The notes under the pieces were generated by a model, which was not told where the DNA came from, ran no database searches, and was given only the letters and a program-made list of their open reading frames with translations. Both the position numbers and the translations under genes were made by a program. From the NCBI GenBank assembly GCA_000165425.1, contig CT868020.1, forward strand, positions 186,001-250,000: a stretch of 64,000 nucleotides of DNA, in the 5' to 3' direction. The DNA is from Paramecium tetraurelia (lineage: Eukaryota). Positions 25,039-39,332 of the stretch are shown piece by piece (positions within the stretch are counted from its first letter, which is position 1; each line of letters begins with the position of its first letter).

Positions 25039-26688
25039 TCAAATTTTATAAGGTGCCAAACTTGATCTTCTCACCTCTTCCACTTCCTACTCCTTGTCAT
25101 GCAATCTCATGCGCAGACTCTCTACTTCACTAGCCAACACTACAATAATCGATAATTGATCTTAAAGCCTTTTTATTATAGAACCCTCGTCCGCATATTA
25201 CATTCTCCATTGTCTCAATTCATCGTCTTACACCTTAATTTCATCATTCAGTCGATCGATCTCAGCAGAAAGCACTCGACACTAAATATTTCAATACACT
25301 CAAATACATTTTCTTAGAATTTCTTTAACTATTCTACTTGGTCCTCCAATTGGAGAATTTGTTATTGCAATTTAGTGAGCAATCTCCTAAGATTTTCGAT
25401 TTCTTATGATTTGTCTTCTATTGTATTTCGGTATGACACAACAGTGCTTTGGAATTCTTCAATTCTTGCAGAATACTATTAGATAATACTTGGTAGTTTA
25501 AGTGATAGTAATCTACTCCTTCTACTTGATCAACTGATTCAATTTGTCCACTTCAAGCAGGAGATTCTGATATCTGCCTTCCAATTCAGATTTCTTCTTT
25601 TAAACGTCCTGCAATTCAGTTAAGAGTTAATTTACTTTGCTCTTTTCAGTAAGGAACTCTAATATGAATTTAGTAAATACAATTATTGGCATTTTCCACT
25701 TAGGATTTCACTTAATTCAATTATTCCTATCTTTATTTCAATTAACCCTCCAAGGCAAGTATTGTGTCATTCAATTACTGATTCTCCTGTTGGATTCGTT
25801 TATGATCATCATTTATCAACTATAATTTAAGATACTTTTATTTCCAACTCTCTGTTTCTTCTGACTTTGAAACCAACAACTTGTTCACTCTTTCTGTCTC
25901 ATTTTTGTAGGATAACAATTGATTCTCCAATTCCCTTTACTTATTTATTTCTTTCTGGAGGATAACATTCTTCAGATCGTCGTTCTCCTTCTATTTTTGA
26001 TTGCATAAATCCTTCCACTTCTTCAATTCGCCCTCTAGGAATTCTCTCTAATATGAAGAATTGAGTTCTTAGGTTTGAAGTGCCTTTTCCTATGAAATAT
26101 AAATATTATTGTATTACAATTTCAGTTTTCATTTCAGATTCCAATTGATTCCTCAGAACTTGCATTTCATCCAATTTGATAGTCTCAAATTCTCTTAATT
26201 GTAGAGTGAGATTATCAATTTGATTGGAGAGGTTGACAACTCTACTCTCGTAATAATTGGTCTAGAGTTCCTTCTGCTCTTGAATTTCCTCCTATAACGT
26301 GGTGATTTGGATGATGAGTTCATATTTCTCAATTTTGTGAGTCTCCACGACGTTGATCATTTCATTCAATTTATTAGTCAGATCTATTATTTATTAATTC
26401 CAAATGATGTCTATCTTAGGTATTATCTTGCATCTCTTTAATTCTGAAACGCAACTTTTCATTTTCTGATCCCAATCTCTCAATTTCACAAGCCATCAAA
26501 AATTGGCATATCTGTGGACTCGATTTTTACTATCTACTTTCAGGAGTGGATCTGATATTATCAATTGAAGTTTCATGTATTTGATATCTTGTTTCACGTG
26601 TTTAAGGAGTGTTAGAACGCACAGTCTTAGTTTCAGAGGTGTACTTATATTCTTAAATGTTCTAAATGCGTTGTTGCTAGTAAGACAT
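25039..26688 (-). CDS. Long coiled-coil (probably cytoskeletal) protein
   Basis: ATG 26688, extended heptads, repeated VLSAEIDRL / VLASEVESL motifs, tiny introns, TGA 25039-25041. Confidence 0.8.
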
Positions 26689-26829
26689 AAATTAATTAAT
26701 CAAAAATTGCAAATAGAGTTGAACAAATGAAGATAATTTAACTGATTTTTTACATTAGATTTTGTGATATATAATAATTTCAAATGATAAAACTTAAATA
26801 CGTAATATATTAGTATGTTGTTTATATAT

Positions 26830-28674
26830 TCATTACTATTTCTTTATCCTCTGTCTAGACTGATTAAGCTTCTGTTTAAGTTTAGCAAAAACTCTTACAG
26901 TAGCTCTTATAGTAACTTTGGAGAGTGCCTTACTTATTTCATTTTCAGAAATGAAGAAATTCTCATCTGAAAACTCCTGTTCGATCAATGGTTCCTCTCC
27001 ATTCATTGTAATAAATGGATGATCCTAAATAGATTGCTAAATGTACCATAAGTTACTCAAGTGTGTGACGTTACCTTGCATCCTTCTTCAGACAACAGCT
27101 TAGGAAATCAGCCAAATCTGGATCAGTATCTTTAGAGAAATTAATTTCATTATATGAAACAGCCTCCTTGAGTTACTAAACATTTTTAGCTGGGAAAGGA
27201 TGTCCTCCTTAAGTGAGCATGAAGAATGTGATACCAGCAGCCCAGATATCTGCTGGTTTCCCCTTAACCTAAGAAGTCTTGAATGCTTCTGGAGGCAAGA
27301 AGGCCTTGGTTCCCACATCTCCTTGAATCAAATCAGCAGATGAACTATCATACATTTATGCGACACCAAAATCAGCAATCTTTAAGTTATCAAACTCATC
27401 AATCAATAAATTATCTGGTTTAATATCTCTATGTACAATTCTGGCAAAGTTGTGTACTTAATAGATAACTGTGTATTAATACAATAATCTAATCCAAGTA
27501 GGAAATGTCTCAGATACTTCCTGATCTTTTCACAAGTGATTTTAGGTGGTTTTTCTCCTTCATCCCAATCAATATTCACACCTTCAGATTTCCAATACTG
27601 CTTTGAATTGATGGATCCCTTCTTCACATGTTCCATTATGAGATATAACTTCCTCTCTTCTGGATCATCTATTACCTCCACCAATCTAACTACATTTTAA
27701 TGATCCACTTTCTTTAGTATTGCCACTTCCTATTCTAATAATGAATATGCTGAAGTCTCTTTTGTTAGTAACTTCCGTTTCAACTTGTTTTTATCAGCTA
27801 TCTTCATTGCATAATATGATTAATCTATTTCATTGTAAACTAAACGCACCTTTCCAAAGGCCCCTCTTCCCAATTCATGCAAGATTACAAAGTTATTCAT
27901 TTTCTTCCTTCCTGCTTCATCCCGAGACCTCTCCAAGATCTATGTTTCCTTTGGTTGGTGGATCCCACTTAATCCTCTCATTAATCTTACCGATCTCCTC
28001 TGCTCTGCTGCATTTATTACATTCCTAAATGGATCACCTACTGAAAATGATTGCAATCTCCTTGGTCCTTTGCCCATTGGAACACTTAGAGTGTTTGGTA
28101 TTATTGCCATCTAAGCTTCTTCTTAACATTAAGATTGTGATCGCATGATCCGTGGATTATCCACATTCTCAATCCTTAAGAAATGTTCATCTAAGTCTAA
28201 TTTAGAGGCATTGGACCCACCCACAATGAAACTTTCAATTTCATTTGGTGATTCTAATATTGATGTCTATGAATTTAAATGCTGTAATCTAGAAGATACT
28301 AGTGACATCCTCTTTGGAATGGTGATCTATCGGTTTTATGATTGGCATAATACCTATAGAGCATTGGTACTCTCATCCGATACACTTTTTTATTGTATAT
28401 GATTGGCGGCACAAATCGGAGACAGAATCGAACTCCGACCTTAACTGTCATAAAATTTAAGTAGTTTCTGACGAGTACAAGGGGTATTATCATCATCCCT
28501 CTTTTTTTTGAAAAGACTGATCAGATTAGTTTTTGGATTCTAGAGCAAATATTTTCGGATGTCCTCCTTAGATTTTTATTTCAAAATCGGAGGAGTCTTT
28601 GGAACCTACTCATTTTGCTATTCTAATCGTTTCTTTCTTAGAACCTCTAAGAGATTCAATTTATTGTTATTCAT
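26830..28674 (-). CDS. Ser/Thr protein kinase, CaMKK-like
   Basis: [62 protein letters not shown]. Confidence 0.92.
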
Positions 28675-29454
28675 AAATTATATTAATTATCAATTATTAT
28701 TATACTATCACCATTCTTTACATTTTTTAAATATATTTTCAATCATTATGATTTCTATTTCATTTTAATTACATTATCTATCTATTCTTTTTTTCAAATT
28801 TAAGCAGATTAAATAAATCTGGGTATTCTTATACAAATTTGATTCTTCCTTTAAAATTAAACTATAAATTTTTGTAATCCTTCTTTAATATTAAGGCAAT
28901 TTAAATTATTACTCATCTAAAATTAGAATGGTTCTAAATTTATTCTACTAAACTTGAGAATAAAATCAAATTAAATTGTATCACCTATAATGAGGGCGTG
29001 TTTTTGAACCATTTCATTAATGAATTTCGTTTTAATCTTAAAAATCTATTTAATATAATTTTTTTTAAAGTACGAATTTTTACTCATATATTAAAATTTT
29101 AATTATAAAAAGGAAAAAAGATATCTTAATAATAAATAATCATATCTTACTGAAACACAACTTAATGATTAAATTAACTTTTGCCCCTGAGCCATTCTAA
29201 AATTTCGGGCTCTCAAATAACAACTTTTTTATTTTTATCAAGCTGTAGCTGTTATTATGGCAAGTCACAAGTGCCTTAAAGGATATGGAGTGGGAAATCC
29301 ATCACACAGGAGCACGCATTTGGAGATCGAGCTATTGAGCACTTTAATAGGTAAAATGTATTGTGGTTTTGAGATTTTATAGTGCAAGTTTTTATTCAAA
29401 CATGTTATTTCTAAATTGATAAAAATTTGATAGGAATTATTATTTATTTATCAG

Positions 29455-32400
29455 ATGAAGAACTTACTGCATTATTATGATGAATTCAAAAGACACACAT
29501 ATCAAGTGCAAATAATTGATTTACAATTTATAGCTCCATTTCAAGAATGGCGAAGTTATAAAACTCGATGGTTATTCCACCTACTGCAATCGTATTGATA
29601 GGAGCTCATCTATTATATCGATTTTAATATTCGCACCCCTTCGAGTTGTTAAGAACAACATATTGTATTACAGTTTAAGTATTCTGTCTTTGATATTGTT
29701 GACATCCATATGGTCAATGTAATTAGAATTATGATATTGTAGAGATTATCCACAATATGAATTTTATTTCATTTTCTCGTTTTAACTGCTCGCCCATGTA
29801 GGTGTGGAGCTGTATAATAAATTCAAAATTAATGGGCTAGACAAAAAATTAAACAATCAAGAAAATAAAATACTGAAATAATGGGACGAATGTATTAGCA
29901 ATAAAGAAATATTAAAAAGAATCAAGTAGAAGGCAGCCACAAAGCATAAAATGGATGATGTAAAAGAAAGGGATCGAAAGATCTCTTTTAAAAATAGTGA
30001 CAATTTGCAACGCTAACCAAGTCAAAGGAGTAGATCATCAGGATGTATCGCAGTTGTTTTTATTTAGTGCAATCCCAACTTTCTCGATTATCATTAAATC
30101 AAGGCAGAGCCAAGAGTCCATCAAATCAACACTTAGATCGCATCGATAAAATAGGCTCCAGATTTTCAGCAATGAGTCCCTTGATCCTTCAAGATATGCA
30201 AATAAAAAACCAATCAAAAATCAAATTTGTTTAGGACCCAGCAATCAGCAATTTCATGTAATAAATGCCAAGCATGTTCGGCAAAAACAATTCAAAAATC
30301 AAAAGACCCCTAGAAAACAAAAGTGCAAAAAACACTGACAAAATGGATCTGATCAAATCGATCAACTCTTCAGAAATCCAAATCGGAGACGTGATTATTG
30401 TGGAAAGAAATTAAATTGCCTCCTGCGACATTCTGGTGTTATATTGCAGTGATGAAATTTATACTGTCTAAAACCAACTCTGTGGCTACTCAGACAAGAC
30501 TATAAGAAAGCCATTAATTCAGAACAAATGTAACTCTTAGTATTGATTGCTAGTTGACTCACATAATTTAGTTCTATTCAAAAAGTCTTTTACTGGAACG
30601 ATACATATAACCGAAACCTCAAACAGTATGCAGGGCTACTTGTAACTAAAGAAAGACCCACAATCCTACATAGTGCAAGACGATAATTTCATATTCGCAT
30701 AGGAGAAATTGCTCAATACACCATGGGTGATTGGAGTGGTAATTAAGGTCGGATTGAAGTGTCATTGTTATAGGCACTTTCAAATTAAACCTCAAGTACC
30801 CAATTACCCTTAAGATCTGTTGCTTACTCTTGTGTTTATTTAAATAGCACTCCTAATTGTAAGAATTTTAGTTTAAGAATTTAGATAATGTACATCATAA
30901 TCTCTCAGATTGACAACGTGAATTATAATCTAGATCTAATGCAGCTGATTTTTGAAAGCCTCATGCATTTGACATTTCTCCTGCCGAGCAGTTTTGCCTT
31001 CTATTATTCGATTGCCGCTCTCTATCAATAATAAATGATCCAGAAAATCAGTCGCTTGGACATCAAATAAATTAAGGACTTTCATCCAGAGCAATATTAC
31101 AATATAAAGAGAATATCCATGAATCTAGACAGTCTACTTGATGGGAGTTTTGAAATCAAAAATATAATATACAAGAACCAAATCTGCTACTGTAAAGAGT
31201 CAGAATTGATGCTTCAAGCTTAGGAGGTGGCTTCATCCCTCAATAGTCAAAATCTATTTAAGACTGCCTACTCGAAGGAAGACTCTAAGCCTGAGATCTA
31301 GCTATCCAAAAATATACAAAATAATACTTATAATGCTGGAAAATATTAAGAAGATGAAATAATCAGTGTAGGTGAAGATGAAGATGACATCGGAGCAAAT
31401 ATGCCTTAATCCATTGAATTTAGATTAATCAGCAATTTTACTAACCTAACTCAGTAAGATGTAAATATTGTGGTTTAACCACTGAACGCCTCTGAAAGAA
31501 GCGAATTCCACCCAAAATCAACGAATAGAATTCACCAATCCATTCATATCAGGAGTCTTAGGCAAATTGCTATGAAGGATAGTAGAATAGATAGAAAGTC
31601 GATAAATGTAAATGAGATGATAAAATCTATCAACACCAACAATGAAAATCTGTCGTTGCTCTAACTAAGTTTGAATCAAGTCTCTTATACCAAGTTAATA
31701 ACCACAGCAACAGGAGAGGAAAAGCTTAAGAATACTCACGTTAATATTTTAGATGAGAAGTAAATTTAAATTGCAAAATCCTTTGGGGTTGAATTAGTTT
31801 GTGTAAACAAAGTTTAGTAATTAATTAATATAATTTAGAAACACCCTCACTTACATTATTAAATAGAATCTGTAGTTGTACTCTTTCAAGTTGATTGATA
31901 TGTAAATGCACCGTCATCACTAGAGATTATACATGTTATTTGAATTGGATCCTGAACACGAAAAACTACTAGATGCTCCTTACATCTTATTCATTAGGGA
32001 ATCTAATAACAAAGTACCAGAAATGATTGATGAGTTGAAGACTGGATTAAGATCCTCACTCCCTATTATACCAAATCATGATAATGAGTAAATACACTAA
32101 ATCCATTACTTTTATTGTTTACTCAATCATCAAGATGCTGAGGCATATGTTAGTTAATAGGCGACGTCCCCGTAAAACACACTTGAGACAGAGGAAATTA
32201 TTTATAATTCATTAGAGTCATTATAACTCAATATCGTATTGGGATTCAAATATAATTTAAAACCATAAGCCTCTGACTTTATCAAGAGTGTTGAAAAATC
32301 TTAATAACAATTATTCTTATACACTGAATAATACTTTGCATTTGCTAATTCGATACTTTCTTAGACTGATATACAACATCATAATAAATTTGTGTTTGAG

Positions 32401-35400
32401 TAAGACAATGAGGAAGATCTTAGAGCGTATTTTAAGAAATCTTTACAATAATTTTCATAGATCTTTTAAGAGCAGCAACCTATGTTTGGTTCATAGATGC
32501 ATTCTCTCAAGCAATTGCAATTAACCAATGCTAATCCTTCAATGCTCTCAAATAAGAAAACCTCTGAAGATTTTCATAATACTTCTTCTCTAGTTGTGAT
32601 TCTGAGCAGCTAGGCGTTTAAAATTATTGAAAATAATAGTTACATGATCAATCATCTTAAACTACTGCTTAGCTTCTCTAAAGTTACTCTTCTATATGAT
32701 GCTAATCCATCATCATTAGAACATCTCTAAAAATGCTTTGATGGTCCCAACATGACTCTGAATCTGATATTTGAAAATCAAAGTTTACTGAAGAGTTACT
32801 AGGGATATCATCTTTAAGTTGCCTTGTTATAAGAATTTAGTTACTTTCAGCAATTCAAATACGACAACGTGAACAAGTAAACCTTCTTTAAGAAAATGGT
32901 ACAATCATTGAAAGTGAGACTAGTATACGAAGGATGTACATATTATAATAGTAACATTTAAGGTTTATTTAATGAATTATTGATATTCCACAATTCAGAT
33001 GCCATACTGTAAGGATTTAATGAATTGAATGAATTTCTGTTCTACTATGTGCCCTTGTTGAATGTGCTATCGAAATATTAGATTAGAATTGCTTTTGAAA
33101 GAACTTTGTTCTCCTCTTGTTTTGCTGTAACATTTTATATAGTGAATGTTGTCCAATTTAATCCGCAATTCAATATCATTCTGGAATTCATATTTTACTC
33201 CTTCTTCTACACTTTAATCATCTACATTTTGGCAACAATTGAGTTCATTTCAATTTACAAGAATTACAAAACAGATGTCCACCAATAAAAGGTAATAGAG
33301 AGTTACATCAACATGTCAAAGAAGTAGCGTTATTACTTTTACTTCGGAATTAAATGTAAGTCCTTTCATTTATCATTAGCCATCCTCCAAGGACTCCTGA
33401 CTTAATTAATATTCTCCCATCAATCGAAACTCCAGACTGCTGATGTAGTAATAGTGTATACATTTCTATCGATTACTGTCAACGATGCAATAAATACGAT
33501 TGTCAACATGGGACTAATTGTGATGTCGAGTATCGCATATGTAATATGCTTTTCCTTTTACATTTTGATTCACTTTACAATTATGGCTCCCAACTCCTAA
33601 TTCACCTTTGAGATATCAAATCTCTTCGAAATCCTATTAACCATATTCGTGTTGCAAATCTCTGAGTCATGGTTGTAGTACTTCGCTATGTTATAGGTGC
33701 CTGACATGGACGGAAGGTTTTAGAGAATCTATAACTAGTTCAATCTCTACAAAAGCGAAAGCTATTACAGACATCACTTCCTTCTATTATTACAAAGAGA
33801 AATCAATAGGGTGTTTGAGAATTTCGAACAAGTCGATCTGAACCTCCAAAAATGTATGAGTATGTTCTATTCGCATTGTAGTATTACTAAATAGGAAGAC
33901 GTTGCCTTAGTCGTTGGGAACATGGCAATCTCAAGTGTTCCAGAAGGCCTAATCGATTATGAAATGGAGAAAGAAGTCAACGATTTAAGGATTACAATTA
34001 ATTTGTTTTCACTGTTAGATGCTAATAATAATTTACTCTCAATCAGGTGACACCTATTATTTCCTCATAATCTACATCGTTTACCTCATAATTTAAGTTT
34101 TGTTGTTTTGGTTCTAATTAATATATAAATTAAACTCTAGACAATTGCAATATTTAGAAGTCGTTAAGTTTATGATTTGCGGAGCTGCTACTCTGATAAC
34201 AATAATGGGCTTATCGATCACCAATATGAATTCCATATATCATCCTTTTACTGAGTTGCTGGTGACCTTTTAATTATCAAGCAAATTGCACCCCATATAT
34301 GACCATAGATTATACTTGATTCCCACTGTGGTTGTATTGATTGCCTACTTCATTATGTAGCTATTATGTATTTCCAAATAGATTAATCGTGAAAATAGAG
34401 ATAGCTCCCTACTTCATAATCATCAAGATTGTCCTGATCTTGTTGTTCTCTGTCTAGCAGTACGTCATTAAGAGTTACGTAAGAAGTGTTTCAGTATTTT
34501 AGTTTATTTTGTTGGAGGAAGATCAAGCCACCAATTAGATCAACTTTATTGAGGAGAACAACAAAATCCACGATATCCTGGGCATACTCCTACCCAAGTT
34601 TATTAGACATCGCTTAAATGAGAGTAAGACTTCTTCACATATGTTATAGCTGATGAGTACAATATCCATTAGAATCAAGGGGAAGTGGCCATTGTTTTTT
34701 GTGACATATGCAATTTTGATCAAGTAATAATGGAAGAACAGGAGAACATCGTACAATTCTTAGATGATTTATTCAGAACCTTTGACAAATATTGCGAATT
34801 TTGTGGAGTTTAGAAAATAGAAACTGTGGGTAAGACTTACATGGCTTCAGCTGGTCTCAAGGCATGCGAACAAGAGTTGGTCTACTTGTCTGAAATTTAA
34901 CCAGTTTAAAGAGCCTTGAATCTGGCTGAAATGATGATGATTTATATCAGATCCAAACTGTAAGTTTATTATACGAATTAGATGGGGTATTAATAGTTAG
35001 CCATTGGTGGGTAAAATCGGGATACATTATGGAAGAGCAATATCCGGAGTAATTGGATTTCATAAGCCTCAATTTTCATTGATTGGAGACACTATCAATA
35101 CCACGAGTAGAGTGTGTTCAACTGGATAAGAAGATAAAATTACCTTATCGGAGAAGGCCTTTGAATAGCTGAATAATGATAAAATAGAGTTTGAGGTCAG
35201 GTATGTCGAGATGAAGGGTTTAGGTTTGAGGCCTACATATGTGTACCTTCAAAAACTAAATCTCAAGAATAGTATTTCAAAAGCTGATATCAGTAATAAT
35301 TCGAGCAAATAAAATACAATTAATATCACAAACAGAGTGAAAAGTTAATCCTTTTAAAGAAATGGTCTGAAGAAAAGAACAGTTGCTCTATAGGATCACT

Positions 35401-37165
35401 TAGCGTAACGTTCAAGACCTATTTTGTAATTTTAATTATCTTGGAATTTCTAATAACAATAACAATAATAATCACAATTATGGCAGAATTCACAATCTTT
35501 AACAGATGATCAAAATGTTAAAGGATTATAAAAGTAGCTCTCAAATTGTAATTTAAATCAAGTCAACAATTTAAACATTGGGGAAACTGAAAATGATGAA
35601 AAAATTAGTTTGATTCCAAATGCTTCTAAAACTGGCCAATTGCAAAACTTAGAGAGTATGATGCAACGTAAACTTCATTTTGAAAAGTATCAACCAGAGG
35701 TAGATCATTATATTGATTACGATTAACTGCTTGTAATTATTATTATAATTATTGTTTAGAATGTAATTTTATTGAAAAATGAAACTGGAGTTGAAGAAAC
35801 CACTATTTTGGAGAGTTCCTTTACGGAATTACTTCAAAAATCCTACTATTAAAATTAGAATAATTATTTAGAGTATCATGATTATATATATCAGCAATCG
35901 TAGACTCTTACTAATAAAATAATACAAATATATTCCTTGTATTATTTGATCAAATAGTTTTGTTTGATTGGTGACTATCATGTGATATCAGTCCCATTGA
36001 TTATACTGTAGTGGATAGGGTGTGCCCTAAATTTGATATCTCTGATGATATATAGGAAGAAGATTATATCTTATTGGATAATGCTGATCTATTTGGAATT
36101 GAGTTTTTAATTGATTATTGGAGGACTCTTTATTATTTTTGATGTGAATAGCTTCTTAAGTTACTTACACATTGTTGAGATGATTTTTATACAATCTTTC
36201 TTTAGTAATATTCAATTACTTCACTTTTGGATTAAAATATTATTTTGCATACTTAGTTTCCTATTTGAGGCACTCATTTTAATATTTATTGATGAATACA
36301 GGATTTCTCTATTTTTCGTCTTTGCTGCAGTAATCTACAATATCAATTACTCGTACTTTTTGGAGGAACAACAAGTGGCTTGTTTTAATTAAAAAAATAT
36401 ATTCTAGAGTCAGCAAGCCAAAGAATCCCAACTGTTACAATATTTGCTTCCGAGACATGTAAAAATATTTGATAAATTTAGATTTTATAAACATTTTTTG
36501 ATGATAATACCAGAGCAAGATGTTTGAGTGATAAAATCGAAGATGTCACCATTTTATTTGCTGACATCGCTGGATTCACTGAGTATTCAAGTAAAGTGAC
36601 TGCTGAGTAGGTGTTATTGATGCTGAAAAATCTATTTGTTGAATTCGATAGGAAGTGTTATGAATTAAATGTTTACAAACTGTATACTATAGGGGATTGC
36701 TATGTTGCGATTGGAATGATAGACTTCAATGATAGGAATCCTACTGAAGAAGCCAAGAACATTGTGGATTTGGCATTTGAAATGATTAGAATAATTGAAA
36801 TAGTTAGGAAATAAATTGATTTTGATGGGTTGGATATGAGGATAGGCATTCACACAGGCTGTGTTTTTGGAGGAGTGATGGGGACTGACATTGTGAGATA
36901 TGATATTTATGGTCCAGATGTTCTCATAGCCAACAAAATGGAATCGAATGGGAAAAAAGGGCAAGTGCATGTGAGTGCAGCAACTAAACAATTGCTATAG
37001 CAGGATTATGAAGACAAGTACTCTTTTACTTTCCACACAAAAGTCACCTTGTCTTCAATTAACAGAAGTATTGAAGGCTTCATCATAGAAAGTTTGATTG
37101 AAGATCAATACCCCTCGGATTAGATCATTGATCATTAGATCGAACCTTTGCATTCAGAACATTGA
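29455..37165 (+). CDS. Alveolate-type membrane guanylyl cyclase with N-terminal P-type-ATPase-like domain
   Basis: P-ATPase-like segments (IQIGDVIIVERNQIASCDILVL, TPWVIGVVIKVG), many transmembrane helices, and two cyclase domains (FCDICNF...KIETVGKTYM...FSLIGDTINTTSR; FADIAGFT...KLYTIGDCY...YDIYGPDVLIANKMES); many tiny introns. Confidence 0.93.
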
Positions 37166-37197
37166 TTGTTATTATTTTTGATTGTTGTATAAATGTA

Positions 37198-37546
37198 TCA
37201 TTTCTTAATTTACTTTACGATTTTAACTTCCTCTACTAAAAATGCTCTGATGATTCTGTTTTTAAGAGCTCCAGCACTCAATACTCCGCCATATGGTCTT
37301 GAAACTGTTCTCTATCTTCTTGCGAGTTGCTTTAGTTTTGTGGGTCTGATTCTCTTTAATCCATTTAAAACAACACTCAAATTAGAATCTGCACATGTGG
37401 ATGCAGTTGTCTTCTTATTTGGATATTAAACAACAACGTTGCCACCTTCAATTAATTCACTCTTTACCTGGAGTCTTCACCTTTCTGATCTTATTTGATC
37501 TTGTATTGTAGCTTGTTCTTCTTCTGTAAGTCACTCTCACGCCCAT
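37198..37546 (-). CDS. RPL34: 60S ribosomal protein L34 (eL34)
   Basis: [28 protein letters not shown]...TVSRPYGG...[15 protein letters not shown]; one 22-nt intron. Confidence 0.97.
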
Positions 37547-37636
37547 TTATTAAAAATCTTTATTTTAAATTTTTTAATTTCCACACAAACATACCGAATC
37601 AACTTTTCAAATAAATAAATACAAACTAAAAATCAC

Positions 37637-38652
37637 TCAACTCCACATATTCCCCAGATCCTTGTATGATTTCGACTTCATTTTCTCCAACTTTATAGAA
37701 CTCATCTAATATTATTGTTCTGTCTAACGCAATCTGTGCATTAATTGTGTTTCCTATTATTCCAATTGCTACAGTCTATCCTACGCTTGCATATTTAATA
37801 AGTAAGCATCCTCAACTTTTCTTTTGTAATTCGTTTTTGCGATTACTTATTTGGTTTACCAAAACAATTACAACTTTTCCTACTGTTACTGCTCCATCAC
37901 CTTCACTCTCCTGTAGGCCTTGATATTATCTGATCTCAACTCAGTCATCGTCTGATACAACCCAAATTGAATTGATTCCTTCAATTGCTTATTCTCCTCG
38001 ACCTTTATTTGCAAACTTAATAGCATCATAATTTACATTTAGCCCAACTTCCCCTTTGTTCTTTGCATTATCTAGAGATGCTTCTGCCTTTATTAGTATA
38101 TCTCACTCCTCTTTCTATCAATGATCTCCTTCTACATCAACTAGTATTTCTATTGCAACTGTTCCTTATAAAACTTATTTTATTTGCATGTATATATTTA
38201 TTGCATGCTTCTTTCCAAGCTTTTTGTCTCAATACTTTAAATAAGAATACTTTCATAAGATTCCTCCTCTCTTATTAAGACATAAATTGAACTCTTGCCT
38301 TTATCTTTCCAATATTCATATCTATCATCTTGTTCGCAGAATGAACTTCAGGGTATCTCTAATTTTCTATCTATTACTCCAACTCGTAACTAATATCCTC
38401 TTAAAATAAATAATACTATTCTGAAGGGTGCTCATTTACAGTCTGTAATGCCCATTCAATTTAACTTTAAACCTTTTCAGTTGACGATTAATATTCATTA
38501 GATTTCATAACTTATTGTAACAAATCCAAAATTTCATTTTTTCTCCCCAATTCTAATTGTTCTTGTAATGTATTTAGATCTAATAAAACATAATCCTACT
38601 CTTTTGAATCAAAGACGAACTCCCCTTCTTAATTTGTACTTATTGAAATCAT
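37637..38652 (-). CDS. Hypothetical coiled-coil protein
   Basis: Q/E/K/R-rich frame ending DLGNMWS-TGA at 37637-37639; two tiny introns inferred; start codon uncertain. Confidence 0.65.
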
Positions 38653-39332
38653 CTAAAATATAATATTAATTTTTAAAGAATTATAAATAAAACAATTAAC
38701 CCCAAAAAGAACATTAATACAAACACTATTTAACGTTTTCAATGTGATAAATAATAAGCATATTGTGGATTTTATATAAATTTACAAATCAATTATATTT
38801 GATGGACTGTTAACAATTGTAATGAGATGACTCAATGATAAAGGAGTTTGTACGACTCATAAGATTATTGAACATTACTAACACTTTAAGTACAATTATA
38901 TAAATTTAGAATTGATTATTGAATAAAATAATAATGACAATAAAAATATGAAATTAATAGAACCCATGATTAGGCTCTTTTGTTCAAGTTTCCAGTTCTA
39001 TATCAAATAATTTTCAAAGATTAACTTTTATACATTTTTTTGTTTGTATTTTTAATTTAGTAGAATTTGTATTTATTGAATTACTCTTATTATAAATTTT
39101 TTTAAGGCAATTTGATATTATTTTCAAACGTTCTTGGTCTGAAATTTTAAAAACTAATTGAGGTTGATTAAATATGATAATACAATTATTTATTATGAAA
39201 TGGCTTGCAATTCTTCAGGGAAATACAAATAACTAAGTATTGTTGTTTTTAATAATTATTATTGTATATAAAATAACCAATATATGTATTTTTTGATTTA
39301 TTATTAAAGATTAATATACTTACATTTCTACT

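Noticed and set aside
38696..38710. AACCCCAAAA resembling a telomeric repeat or telomerase RNA template
   Set aside because: It is a single copy in an AT-rich spacer with no tandem repeats or flanking telomerase RNA motifs.
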